Assembly (NCBI GenBank): GCA_963707505.1
Contig: CAVPQB010000006.1
Span: forward strand, 544,001 to 608,000
DNA: 64,000 nucleotides
Source of the DNA: an uncultured Gemmatimonadales bacterium
GTDB taxonomy: Bacteria; Gemmatimonadota; Gemmatimonadetes; Gemmatimonadales; Gemmatimonadaceae
Reading direction: 5' to 3'
Shown: positions 37,999 through 47,375 of the stretch, in pieces
Layout: every line of letters begins with the position of its first letter
Numbering within the stretch: position 1 is the first letter of the stretch
The notes under the pieces: generated by a model
The model's input: the letters and a program-made list of their open reading frames with translations, nothing else
Told to the model about the DNA's origin: nothing
The model's database searches: none
Made by a program: the position numbers and the translations under genes

Positions 37999-39002
37999 GG
38001 GGTCAGGTCTTGCCCCGTGCGCCGCACCCAGTCGTTGCAGGTTTTCGCTACACGTGGCGTGGATATCACCGCGCACGCAATGGGCCATCGGCGACATCGT
38101 GATGGTCATGTCCAGACCATTGCGTCTTCAATTTCCCGGCGCTCTCTATCACATCACATCGCGTGGAGACGGCCGGGAGCCGATATACCTCGACGACAGC
38201 GATCGAACCGAGTTCCTCGCGATCCTGTCGCGCGTCAGCGAGCGGTACGGTTGGTCATGCCACAGTTACTGTCTCATGACCAACCACTATCACCTACTGA
38301 TGGAAACGCACGCGGCCACTCTTGCGCGCGGCATGCGGGACCTGAACGGTGTGTATACGCAGCGCTTCAACCGTGCACATGGGCGCGTCGGCCACGTGTA
38401 CCAGGGGCGCTACTCAGCCGTCCTCGTGCAGAAGGAGCGGCATCTTCTCGAGGTACTGCGATACATCGTGTTGAATCCGGTGCGTGCGCAGATGGTGTCC
38501 GATGCCGCGGACTGGCCCTGGAGCAGCTATCGCGCGGCGCTTGGCCTGGTATCGTCGCCGCCATGGCTACTGACGGATCGACTTGCTGCGATCTTCGGCA
38601 ACGGTGCAGAGGGAAGGCGCCAGTTCACACGTTTTGTGGAGGATGGTGTGGGCGGCCCATCCTGCTGGCGGAATCTCAAAGGTCAGATCTATCTCGGAGA
38701 TCCGGGCTTCGTCTCGGAAGCGCAGGGGCGTATCGCTGCCGACGCACCCGGCATGAGCGAAGTACCTGAGGTGCAGCGACGTCGTCGCCATGCGCCGAGC
38801 GAGCGATGGGAAGAGCATTACCCCGTGTACCGCAACCGGGCAGACCGGGACCGGGCGATCGTTGATGCGTTCACGGATGTGTCGATGAGTGGCGGCAACA
38901 CCATGCGCGCAATTGCGGAACACTTTGGTATCCATTACTCGCGCGTGAGCCGGATCATAAGCAACGCAGAGCGAGCGCGCGCACGGGGCAAGACCTGACC
39001 CC
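37999..39002 (+). mobile_element. Y1/RAYT-like transposase element bounded by perfect 24-bp inverted repeats
   Basis: GGGGTCAGGTCTTGCCCCGTGCGC at 37999-38022 and its reverse complement at 38979-39002. Confidence 0.88.
38108..38998 (+). CDS. HUH Y1 tyrosine transposase (REP-associated type) with C-terminal HTH
   Basis: MSRPLR..FPGALYHITSRG, YCLM.NHYHLL, GHVYQGRY, YIVLNPVRA, WPWSSY, IAEHFGIHYSRVSR. Confidence 0.92.
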   Translation: MSRPLRLQFPGALYHITSRGDGREPIYLDDSDRTEFLAILSRVSERYGWSCHSYCLMTNHYHLLMETHAATLARGMRDLNGVYTQRFNRAHGRVGHVYQGRYSAVLVQKERHLLEVLRYIVLNPVRAQMVSDAADWPWSSYRAALGLVSSPPWLLTDRLAAIFGNGAEGRRQFTRFVEDGVGGPSCWRNLKGQIYLGDPGFVSEAQGRIAADAPGMSEVPEVQRRRRHAPSERWEEHYPVYRNRADRDRAIVDAFTDVSMSGGNTMRAIAEHFGIHYSRVSRIISNAERARARGKT

Positions 39003-39037
39003 GCTACTCTATGCACCCCGCCAGGGACTCCATATGA

Positions 39038-41962
39038 TCATCGTCGTTCGCCCTTCCCGTCAGCTTCAACCGCTCCCGCTGCTCCCGCCCTCCTCGGATC
39101 GGCACCCGCGGTTACAGTCCTGTCACTGAACGTGATCGCAGCGGCGTAGCCCATCCGGAGCTCGCCCGGTAGCGAGATGAAGCGGAGATGGTGACCGAAT
39201 CGTTCTAGACCACGATCGACACTCGGCGCAAATCCATCCTCCAGCTCCACCACGAAGTCGCTGCGATTGCCAACGCGCTCGCGCGAAAGAAGGAAACGGG
39301 GAAGCTCGATGGCGCGTTGAACGTCAAGCTTCTGATCCAGCACTCCCTCGACGATGCTGTATACAGCGGACGTGATCCACGAGTTGCCTGCGGCGCCAGC
39401 CGCAAGCACCGGACGAAGCTTAGCGCCGGATCCCTTGAAGACGATCGTAGGCGCAAGCGTGCTGCCGTTGCGAGCATACGGTGCGCGACCTCCGAACGCG
39501 GCGCTGTCGCTGCCGTACGACGTGACCTTGTCGTTGTAGAGGAAGCCGAGTCCCGGTGACACGTAGAAGTTCCCGCCCCAGGTGCCGAGCGTCTGCGTCA
39601 CAGCAACGACATTGCCATCTGCATCACCGACCGTGAATGCGGTGGTGCCTGTGCGGTGACAGTCTCGCTCGCCATCTTCGGCGTCCGTGCCGCCACATTC
39701 CGCTGCAACCGTGCTACCCACATCCGCTCCACTTTGCTTACCGCCACTGTCGCTCGCTGCACTGCCTGAACTATCACTCGCAGCCGCACCAGTGCGTGCC
39801 TTTGCGCACTTCGGCGTGTCACCGCTCAGCTCGTTGCTCGTGAGCGCGCGCTGCGCATCGAAGCAATTCCATCGTGCACGCGCACTGTCCTTGCTCGTGA
39901 ACGCGCTGATGTTGACCGGCCAGAGGCCGGGATCTGCGATGCGGTTGCGCGCCGATGGAACGAGCTTCCACGCTTCGATCATCGCGTGCACGGTGGCCGC
40001 ATCTTCAGTATATGACGGGAGCCGCGGCAAACGCTCGAGCATGTTGAGTTGCGCAACGAGTGTCGCGCCGCCCGAAACTGGAGGCGCGCTCGAGTAAACA
40101 GTAAAGCCGCGGTAACTCCCCGCAACCGGCTCGCGCTCGGCTGCATAATAGCGCATGAGATCACTCATGCGCATCGCATTTCCGTGTCCGCGCAGATCGG
40201 CAACCATCCGCTGGCCGACGGCCCCGCGGTACACTGCATTGGCGCCGCTGTCGGCAATCTGCTTGAGTGACCATGCGAGATCGGGATTGCGGAGCGTATC
40301 GCCGGCGTGGAGTGGCTCGCCATTACGGAAGAAAAGCTTGCGGCTTCCCTCGTACTTGAGGAAGTGCTCTCGCTCCGTCGCGAGCGTGGTGGCAAGACCA
40401 TCGCTCACGACGTATCCGTTCGTAGCGGCACGAATCGCGGGCGCGACGAGATCGGCCCAGGTCACCTTGTGACTTCCGTATTCCTTCCACGCCTTGTGCA
40501 TCCCCGCGATCGTGCCCGGTACATTCGGGAGCACCGGGCCATCATCGGGATATCCGCCATCGGAGAGTATCGCGTGCTCGTTGGTGAGGACGTCCTGCGG
40601 CAGCCGCGTCATGAACTCGATGACGACCGGGCGCGGCATCGAGTCGAGCCGGATGAGCATCTCGCCGTATCCGCCGATCCCGCTCGCATCGGGCTCTACG
40701 ACGCCGAGTGCAAACGACACCGCTACGGCGGCGTCGACAACATTTCCACCCTTTCGCAGGATCTCGAGACCAGCCTCCGTGGCAACCGGATTGGCGCTCG
40801 AGACAGCAGCGTGTCCGGTGGCTGGTTCGCGCAGCGGCGGACGGCGCAACAACATCTCGTGCACGACCTTCGCGAGATCATCGTCGGACTTCGCCGCGAG
40901 CGCGTGCGGACGAAAAGTATCGCGGAGTGTCTCCCACTGCGCGTGACGCGATGCCGCATCCGGAGTCGAGTAATACAATCGTGCCGTGCGCTGCCACGCC
41001 GCATCGAATTGGGCAGCATTGCGATCGCGACGATCCACCGCGATCGTCAGCTTGGCGGAGTTTCCACTGTCGGGCGCGGGCGGTGCAGACACGTACCACA
41101 GCGCACCCGCGTCCTTCGGCACCGAGCCAGCCGCGCGATCACCCAGACGGTCGGGATCGCCGTTGTAGCCAGGCGGTGGTGGTGGGAGCTCGACGAGGGC
41201 GAGAGTGCTTCCGTTGGGCGACCACGATGGCGCAGCGCGTCGCGCGCTGACGAGATTCACGTAATCATTTTCCGGCGTGGTGACCCAGACACCGGCCGGC
41301 CCGCTCCTCGTGCCGAATGCGAGTCTGCGTCCGTCCGGTGACCATGCTGGATGCTCGACGTCGCGGTTGCTCACGACAGTGTAGGTGGAATCGCCATGCA
41401 GCAGGGAAATGCGAAGTGTTCGGCCTTTCTCCGTGATCGCCACGAACGCGAGCTGCTTGCCGTCCGGCGCGAACGCTGGCCAGCCCTCGGCGCCTGTCTT
41501 CGACTTGGTGAGGCGTCGCTCGTGTCCATCTGGCGAGCGAAGGTAGATTCGCGCTGTGGGGCCACTGCCGCGGACAAAGGCCAGCGTGCCGTCCGCCGCG
41601 AGTGCGGGGCTGCTCTCCCAGGTGTCGGAATCGGTCACGCGCTGCGGAGCACTCGCTGCCCCGTTTCCTGCGGCGCCGAGCCGCACCCTGTAGAGTCGGG
41701 AGCCGCCATCACGATTGGATGCGAATATCAGGGAGTTGCCGTCCGCGCTCCACGCGGGATCGCGATCCCATGCCGCTCCCGAAGTGATCTGGATCCAGCT
41801 CGTGGTGTCACGCGGAGAGCGCTGCACCCAGATGTCACCGTCGATAGCCAGTGCGAGCCGGCCGTCCGGCCCATACGCCGCGTCCTGTACGCCGCTGGTC
41901 GGCGAGCCGGTACTGACCACGGTCTGGAGGACGAGCAACATGGCTGCGAGCGGAAACATCAC
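39038..41962 (-). CDS. Secreted PD40-propeller / tricorn-C1-like / gamma-glutamyltransferase fusion
   Basis: N-terminal P.WSPDG repeats; GLEILRKGGNVVDAAVA..LGVVEP..SGIGG, TT.F...D..GN, GADPRR. Confidence 0.88.
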   Translation of the reverse strand: MMFPLAAMLLVLQTVVSTGSPTSGVQDAAYGPDGRLALAIDGDIWVQRSPRDTTSWIQITSGAAWDRDPAWSADGNSLIFASNRDGGSRLYRVRLGAAGNGAASAPQRVTDSDTWESSPALAADGTLAFVRGSGPTARIYLRSPDGHERRLTKSKTGAEGWPAFAPDGKQLAFVAITEKGRTLRISLLHGDSTYTVVSNRDVEHPAWSPDGRRLAFGTRSGPAGVWVTTPENDYVNLVSARRAAPSWSPNGSTLALVELPPPPPGYNGDPDRLGDRAAGSVPKDAGALWYVSAPPAPDSGNSAKLTIAVDRRDRNAAQFDAAWQRTARLYYSTPDAASRHAQWETLRDTFRPHALAAKSDDDLAKVVHEMLLRRPPLREPATGHAAVSSANPVATEAGLEILRKGGNVVDAAVAVSFALGVVEPDASGIGGYGEMLIRLDSMPRPVVIEFMTRLPQDVLTNEHAILSDGGYPDDGPVLPNVPGTIAGMHKAWKEYGSHKVTWADLVAPAIRAATNGYVVSDGLATTLATEREHFLKYEGSRKLFFRNGEPLHAGDTLRNPDLAWSLKQIADSGANAVYRGAVGQRMVADLRGHGNAMRMSDLMRYYAAEREPVAGSYRGFTVYSSAPPVSGGATLVAQLNMLERLPRLPSYTEDAATVHAMIEAWKLVPSARNRIADPGLWPVNISAFTSKDSARARWNCFDAQRALTSNELSGDTPKCAKARTGAAASDSSGSAASDSGGKQSGADVGSTVAAECGGTDAEDGERDCHRTGTTAFTVGDADGNVVAVTQTLGTWGGNFYVSPGLGFLYNDKVTSYGSDSAAFGGRAPYARNGSTLAPTIVFKGSGAKLRPVLAAGAAGNSWITSAVYSIVEGVLDQKLDVQRAIELPRFLLSRERVGNRSDFVVELEDGFAPSVDRGLERFGHHLRFISLPGELRMGYAAAITFSDRTVTAGADPRRAGAAGAVEADGKGERR

Positions 41963-41981
41963 TGGGTGATCTCCTTGAGTG

Positions 41982-42086
41982 TTCGGGGGTCAGGTCTTGC
42001 GCCGTGCGCGGTCAAACGCGCGCGCGGTTTAGCGAAACACTGCAATGGCCGGGAGCGGCGCACGGCGCAAGACCTGACCCCCCGAA
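41982..42086. repeat. Miniature non-autonomous copy of the transposase-element ends (about 105 bp)
   Basis: GGGGGTCAGGTCTTGCGCCGTGCGC ... GCGCACGGCGCAAGACCTGACCCCC. Confidence 0.88.
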
Positions 42087-42089
42087 TGC

Positions 42090-42479
42090 TTATGGTATAT
42101 ACGCGATGCAGTCGATCTCTACTCGCAGTCCGTCGCCCGGCAGGGCCGCCGCCTGTACAGTTGTGCGAGCGGGGCGGTGATCGCCGAACACGCGACCATA
42201 CACAGCGTTCATCCGGCTGAATTCATTCATGTCGATGAGAAACACGCCGCAGCGCAGCACATGCTGCAAGCTTGATCCCGCCGCCTCGAGTATGGTCTGC
42301 AGGTTCCTGAGGCACTGCTCCGTCTGACTCTCGACATCTGCGCCCGCCATGTGATTCGTTGCCGGATCGAGCGCGCCCTGTCCCGAGACGAACACCAGTC
42401 GCTCGAATCCCATCGCGGGGGAGTAGGGGCCAAGCGGCTTGGGTGAGCCGCTGGGTGTGATGGGAAAGTGGTCAGTCAC
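42090..42479 (-). CDS. RidA/YjgF/UK114-family protein
   Basis: P.P.GPYS.A, FVSGQ, QT.Q.L.NL, MN.VY...F....PART.V, VEIDCIA. Confidence 0.93.
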   Translation of the reverse strand: MTDHFPITPSGSPKPLGPYSPAMGFERLVFVSGQGALDPATNHMAGADVESQTEQCLRNLQTILEAAGSSLQHVLRCGVFLIDMNEFSRMNAVYGRVFGDHRPARTTVQAAALPGDGLRVEIDCIAYIP

Positions 42480-42746
42480 GATGCGTGGGTTGTGAGTGAA
42501 GTTGGTACTTGAGCCTACTGCGTTGGCTTGCGCGCCGGTAGTCGTAATGTTGCTGATGTGAATTACGCGTTCACTGATGCAGATGCAGTACGATCCCCGC
42601 CACGCCGGGCGGTTGCGGAAACGGCTACGGGTCCGGAAGCTCGCGGCCGCGCAGGGCCGCGGAAAGTTCTTCTTGCGGTTGCGCGGAACCCCCGTATCTT
42701 CTGCTCACAGTAAGGACGTTCGCACCTGCGCAATCTGTCGCTCTCC

Positions 42747-44234
42747 ATGCACAACGAGGCATCGTTGGGTCCTTCTGCTGGGCGTCTCGCGAACTTCTGC
42801 TCCGTTGCTCAGAGTCTGATCGCGGCATCGCTTGCGATGCCCATAGTACCAGTGGCCGCGCTGCATGCGCAAGCCGTGGTGGTTCAACAGGTTGGCTCTC
42901 TACCGACGCCAGACACGCTGAAGAACCCGCCGGTGTTGCGCAACATCTCCTCCAAGGCGCACACGGTCGAGGTAAACATCGTTGCAGCGCCCGCCCGAAT
43001 CTCTGTCCTGCCGGGCCGTCTGACCGATGTGTATGCGTATAATGGATCCATTCCTGGTCCAACGCTGGAAGCGCGCGAAGGCGACCGAGTCATCATCCAC
43101 TTTCGCAACGATCTTCCGGAAGCGACGACCGTACACTGGCACGGTGTGCATCTGCCTGCGAACATGGATGGCAGTCCGTTCGATCCCGTGCCGCCGGGTG
43201 GACACTACGATTACATCTTCAACATCCCGCGGGGGACCGCCGGAACGTACTGGTATCACCCACATCCCGATGGGCGAAGTGAGTACCAGGCTGCAATGGG
43301 ATTGTTCGGCGCATTCATAGTGCGCGCAGCTGATGATCCAATAGCTACGCTTCCGGAAAAGTTGCTCATACTGTCGGATAACCGCTTCCGACCCGACGGA
43401 TCGATCGAGTTCGCCGATTCGAACTCCACCCAGGCAGACGTTGACATGGAGAACGGGCGCGAAGGAAACGTGCTGTTCGTCAACGGCCAGATCCGGCCTT
43501 CCATTGTGATCCGAAACGGTGAGGTGCAACGATGGCGCGTGGTCAATGCATCGGCTGCGCGCGTGTACCAGCTCGCCATCCCTGGTCAGGTGCTGCTTCA
43601 CGTCGGGAGTGATGACGGTCTGTTCGAACATGCGGTGGAGAGGAAGGAGATCGTGGTTGCAAACTCCGAGCGAGTGGAGCTGCTCGTTCGTGGAACGGGG
43701 AAACCCGGGAGCAACGCGGAGCTCATGGATCTGCCCTATGATCGCTACATGCCGCAGACCAGGCCGACGGACTGGAATACGTCGCGTGTCGTGCTCGACC
43801 TGCACTACAGCGATGGCGTTGTGCCGGTTCGTGTCACACTGCCTAAAACGTTTCGAATCGTTCCAGCACTCGATACGGCCACAGCTACCGTTACGCGTAC
43901 TGTTGTGCTGAGCCAGGGGATGATCAACGGACACACGATGGACATGTCACGCGTTGACATGCAGGCATCGGTTGGCGCTACTGAGATATGGGATGTAGAG
44001 AACGTCGTTGGTATGGATCATCCATTTCACCTTCACGGATTTCAGTTTCAGGTGATCGACCGGAACGGTGTGCCGGAGCCGTTCCGCAGCTGGAAGGACG
44101 TCGTCAACATCCCCAAACACGAAGCCGTGCGATTCATTGTCCGCTACGCCGACTTTCCTGGGAAGTGGATGTTTCACTGTCACATCCTCGCGCACGAGGA
44201 TCACGGCATGATGGCGGTTCTGCAAGTGCGATAA
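42747..44234 (+). CDS. Three-domain multicopper oxidase (start uncertain)
   Basis: HWHG, YWYHPH, HPFHLHG, FHCHILAHEDHGMM. Confidence 0.93.
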   Translation: MHNEASLGPSAGRLANFCSVAQSLIAASLAMPIVPVAALHAQAVVVQQVGSLPTPDTLKNPPVLRNISSKAHTVEVNIVAAPARISVLPGRLTDVYAYNGSIPGPTLEAREGDRVIIHFRNDLPEATTVHWHGVHLPANMDGSPFDPVPPGGHYDYIFNIPRGTAGTYWYHPHPDGRSEYQAAMGLFGAFIVRAADDPIATLPEKLLILSDNRFRPDGSIEFADSNSTQADVDMENGREGNVLFVNGQIRPSIVIRNGEVQRWRVVNASAARVYQLAIPGQVLLHVGSDDGLFEHAVERKEIVVANSERVELLVRGTGKPGSNAELMDLPYDRYMPQTRPTDWNTSRVVLDLHYSDGVVPVRVTLPKTFRIVPALDTATATVTRTVVLSQGMINGHTMDMSRVDMQASVGATEIWDVENVVGMDHPFHLHGFQFQVIDRNGVPEPFRSWKDVVNIPKHEAVRFIVRYADFPGKWMFHCHILAHEDHGMMAVLQVR

Positions 44235-44253
44235 CCCCTACAAGGAGGTCAAA

Positions 44254-44946
44254 GTGACGCGAACCTTCCTTACGCGACTGCTTGCTTTCAGTTCATTAAT
44301 ATCTGCCGTCGCAATAGTGGGATGGGTGCACCAGAGCCCGGACGGAGTCGGTCGCGTCGCCTTGAAGTCGAGCCACCTCACGCCCTCTCCCGACGACGAG
44401 ATTCAACTGGGAAGATCTCTCGTATTGAATCACGACTGCTCGGGGTGTCACGGCGGTGTCAGCCCGGCTTCAAAGGAGTGGCTCGCCGGCATGACGCGTC
44501 CCGACCAGGAATTTCTGATCGGGCCCTGCGCGCTCAAGCTGGACGCGAAGCCGTGCTGGCGCACGCGTCCGCGCAATCTCACACCGGACAACGCAACAGG
44601 CCTCGGGCGGTTCACCGAACGGCAGATATTCAACGCCTTGCGTTATGGCCTTCGTCCTGAAGACACGCCTGACATCGACATCACATCGGGTACTCCAGGC
44701 GTCGGCAACTTTCCTCAGCATCCGCACTATCTCGCTCCACCGATGCCATGGCCAGGGTGGCGCTACATGTCCGACAGGGAGCTGCAGGCGATCGCCGCAT
44801 ATCTCAAGCGCGCAGTCAAGCCGGTCAGCAACAAGGTTCCGGAGAGCGAAGGACCGCCCGACTTCTGGGCGAGCGTTTACACCGTCGATCTGATCGGTCC
44901 CTATCCGCCGCCGCCATTCCCCGCTGCCAACGAACGAGTTCCGTGA
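44254..44946 (+). CDS. Monoheme c-type cytochrome
   Basis: DCSGCH, RNLTPD..TG.G, L.PPMPW, LQAIAAYLK. Confidence 0.82.
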   Translation: MTRTFLTRLLAFSSLISAVAIVGWVHQSPDGVGRVALKSSHLTPSPDDEIQLGRSLVLNHDCSGCHGGVSPASKEWLAGMTRPDQEFLIGPCALKLDAKPCWRTRPRNLTPDNATGLGRFTERQIFNALRYGLRPEDTPDIDITSGTPGVGNFPQHPHYLAPPMPWPGWRYMSDRELQAIAAYLKRAVKPVSNKVPESEGPPDFWASVYTVDLIGPYPPPPFPAANERVP

Positions 44947-45007
44947 TCGAGAGGGAAACACTGGGCGGCATCCGCGGCTCCAGCCGCAGATGCCGCCCAG
45001 TGTTTCG

Positions 45008-45547
45008 TTATTGCGCTGGTTGGCTCGACGGCGGGACGAGTCCGAGCATGCGCATGTAGGTAACCATGTTTCCGTAATGCTCGTTGTCGTGCGTCGCGTT
45101 TATCAGGAGCACACCGCCCTGCGTGAAATGTTGTCCGAACATTTCCACGGCTCCGCCAAGATTCGAGGACGGCACCGCATACGCGCGCGCGCAGTACGTA
45201 TTTGACTCATCCAGTGCTTTCACAAGCTCTGCCTTGGACATGGTCCGCTTCTCGAAGTCATCTTCGGCTGGCACCTTTTCACCGAGCGCCGCGGCGCAGA
45301 ACATCATCTGAGAGCCTGCGACGTGCGCGACGAGCTGACCGAAGCTTCGAACGGTCGCGACCGGCTTGTACGCGTAGGAGGCCTCCGGTACCGCGGACGC
45401 CGAGCGAGCGAGGTACTTGCTGACGGTGGCCCACTGGTCACGCACTTCAGAATCCGGGGAGCGTGGCGACGAGCCAGGGGCAGGGGCCTGAGCGAGCAGG
45501 GGAGGCGCAACAAGGAACGCCAACACGATCGCAGGGCGAATGAACAT
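45008..45547 (-). CDS. Secreted DinB-family protein
   Basis: Signal peptide; YKP...VRSFGQLVAH; HDNEHYGNMVTYMRM.G.VPPSS. Confidence 0.88.
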   Translation of the reverse strand: MFIRPAIVLAFLVAPPLLAQAPAPGSSPRSPDSEVRDQWATVSKYLARSASAVPEASYAYKPVATVRSFGQLVAHVAGSQMMFCAAALGEKVPAEDDFEKRTMSKAELVKALDESNTYCARAYAVPSSNLGGAVEMFGQHFTQGGVLLINATHDNEHYGNMVTYMRMLGLVPPSSQPAQ

Positions 45548-45661
45548 GGCGAAGCTCCTAAGCGAGAGGGGGTCGACGATACTCGAATGTCGCGCCCGTT
45601 GGGATTGGGCGCAAGGAGCAAGATGGCATGTCCCGCTCCCTGTGTCTCTCACTGAATAATC

Positions 45662-45696
45662 TCGTGCGACGGGACCAGATTGGTCCCGTCGCACGA
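45662..45696. terminator. Stem-loop after the PepSY gene
   Basis: TCGTGCGACGGGACCA-GAT-TGGTCCCGTCGCACGA. Confidence 0.55.
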
Positions 45697-45709
45697 CGCG
45701 CAATCCTCC

Positions 45710-46063
45710 CTACGGCTTCTTCTTCTCGCTCTTCGCCTCATTCTGCTCGGCCTTCGGCGTCTCGTGGCCAACTTCCACTATCGCGCCGGTCCTGGCGTTG
45801 ACGTTCACTTCGTCGATGCCAGTCTTGCCCGCCGTCTTCATGTCGAACGAGTAGATCAGGCGTCCCTTTTCCTGTTCCAACTCCTGCGACTGAATCGACG
45901 CTTTCGGCAGGCGCTTCATCGCGATGGCGCGCGCAGAGTCGAGCGAGATCTTGGCCTGCTTCGCCAGTGCGGGTGGTACGTCGGTCTTCGGTGCCGTCCC
46001 CTGCGCGAATAGTGGGGCGGCAATCAGAGTAGCGGCGGCTGCCGCGATTGGTGCAAACTTCAT
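45710..46063 (-). CDS. PepSY-domain secreted protein
   Basis: AKISLDSARAIA...ELEQEKGRLIYSFD...EV.VNARTG.I. Confidence 0.88.
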   Translation of the reverse strand: MKFAPIAAAAATLIAAPLFAQGTAPKTDVPPALAKQAKISLDSARAIAMKRLPKASIQSQELEQEKGRLIYSFDMKTAGKTGIDEVNVNARTGAIVEVGHETPKAEQNEAKSEKKKP

Positions 46064-46196
46064 GGTCATCTCCATATGATGGTTGAGCGCGGCGCGCGCT
46101 TCACGCCGATCGATTAACGATATGGATGCAACCTGTCGGGGTAGTTACAGCAGGAGCCCGATCGTCGAATGCTCGACCGGGCTCCCACTGGGATTC

Positions 46197-47225
46197 CTAC
46201 CGGCTCATCTCGATCAGTACGAACGATCCCGGCAATACGGGCGGACGCCGGCGCGGTGCGCCAGCTGCCTGTGCCGGTGCAGGACCGAACTCTGCGGACA
46301 CTGTGTACAGCTTGTGAGTCTTGGGATCGACCGTCATCGTGCGCGCCGCTGGCATCGTCTTGATAGTCTGCAATACGGCAAACGTGCCAGGCTTCGTCTC
46401 ATGCGCCACTGTGATCGTGCCATCACCGTTGGAGCTGAAAGCGAGACCGGTACCCGGATCGAACTTGTTTGCATCCACGCCAGATCCGATCGGAACTGTA
46501 CCAACGACTGCGCCGCGCTTGATGTCGGAGATCGCCATCACCTTGCTATGGCATCCGCTGAACAACCGCAAATGCGTGCGATCGATCGCCAATCCACTCG
46601 GTGACTCGCACGGCGCCAGCGGCCAGCGACGTACCACCTTCATGGTGCGCGTGTCGATCTCGACAACCTGACTCTTGTCCTCGATGTTGGCGTACACCTT
46701 GCCGTTGCCGGCACTGACGCCGAACTCCGGCTTGCCGCCCAGTGGAATGTTGGCGATGAGCTTGCCACTCACCGGGTCGATCACCGACGACGAGCCAGCA
46801 TCACCATTCATCGTGAAGATCCTGTTCGATGCATCATCGTACAGAATTGCATCATCGTCCACGGCAGCAACCGTCTTGCCGAGCACGCGAAGCGTCTTGA
46901 GATCGAACATGTACACGGTGCTGTCTTCGCCTGACGTTACGAATCCATGTCCTGCACGGTATGCGAAGGCGACACCGTGCGCACGGTTGAGTCCCTTGAT
47001 CTCGCCGATGAGCTTTCCGTTGGACGGATCTACCACCATTACGCGATTTTCGCGTGCGATGAAGATGCGGTTCCCGACAGTGTCGAAGGCGAGGTAGTCC
47101 CAGCTTCCATCGCCACCGAGCTTGAAGTGGTTGGTGATATGGTACTGGCCGTTCTGCGCGGCAAGCGCGAGCGGAGCCGCAAGCGTCGCGACCAAGGCGA
47201 GCTTACCCATGGTACGTAATTTCAT
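46197..47225 (-). CDS. YncE/YVTN-like beta-propeller secreted protein
   Basis: LGGDGSWDYL, HGVAF, GGKPEF, WPLAPCE.PSGLAID, RLFSGC. Confidence 0.85.
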   Translation of the reverse strand: MKLRTMGKLALVATLAAPLALAAQNGQYHITNHFKLGGDGSWDYLAFDTVGNRIFIARENRVMVVDPSNGKLIGEIKGLNRAHGVAFAYRAGHGFVTSGEDSTVYMFDLKTLRVLGKTVAAVDDDAILYDDASNRIFTMNGDAGSSSVIDPVSGKLIANIPLGGKPEFGVSAGNGKVYANIEDKSQVVEIDTRTMKVVRRWPLAPCESPSGLAIDRTHLRLFSGCHSKVMAISDIKRGAVVGTVPIGSGVDANKFDPGTGLAFSSNGDGTITVAHETKPGTFAVLQTIKTMPAARTMTVDPKTHKLYTVSAEFGPAPAQAAGAPRRRPPVLPGSFVLIEMSR

Positions 47226-47339
47226 TTACGATTCTCGAATAGGCGCGGCAGCGTGGCTGCCATCAGGTGGAAGCCATGCTCCCGCATGTGGGCTGCATTT
47301 GGGGTGAAATCTTACAGTACCAACCTGTCAGCGGGCTTA

Positions 47340-47375
47340 CGTGAGCCTCATCGTGAGCCTCATCGTGAGCCTCAT
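47340..47375. repeat. 3 x 12-bp tandem repeat at the dcp stop codon
   Basis: CGTGAGCCTCAT x3. Confidence 0.9.

Noticed and set aside
46107..46151. GTCGGGGG half-site upstream of the PepSY gene as a seventh regulon promoter
   Set aside because: No TAnnTT at 22 nt and no phased partner box
47340..47375. Tandem 12-bp repeats as a CRISPR array or regulatory array
   Set aside because: No spacers, too short, no cas genes; simple duplication at a stop codon
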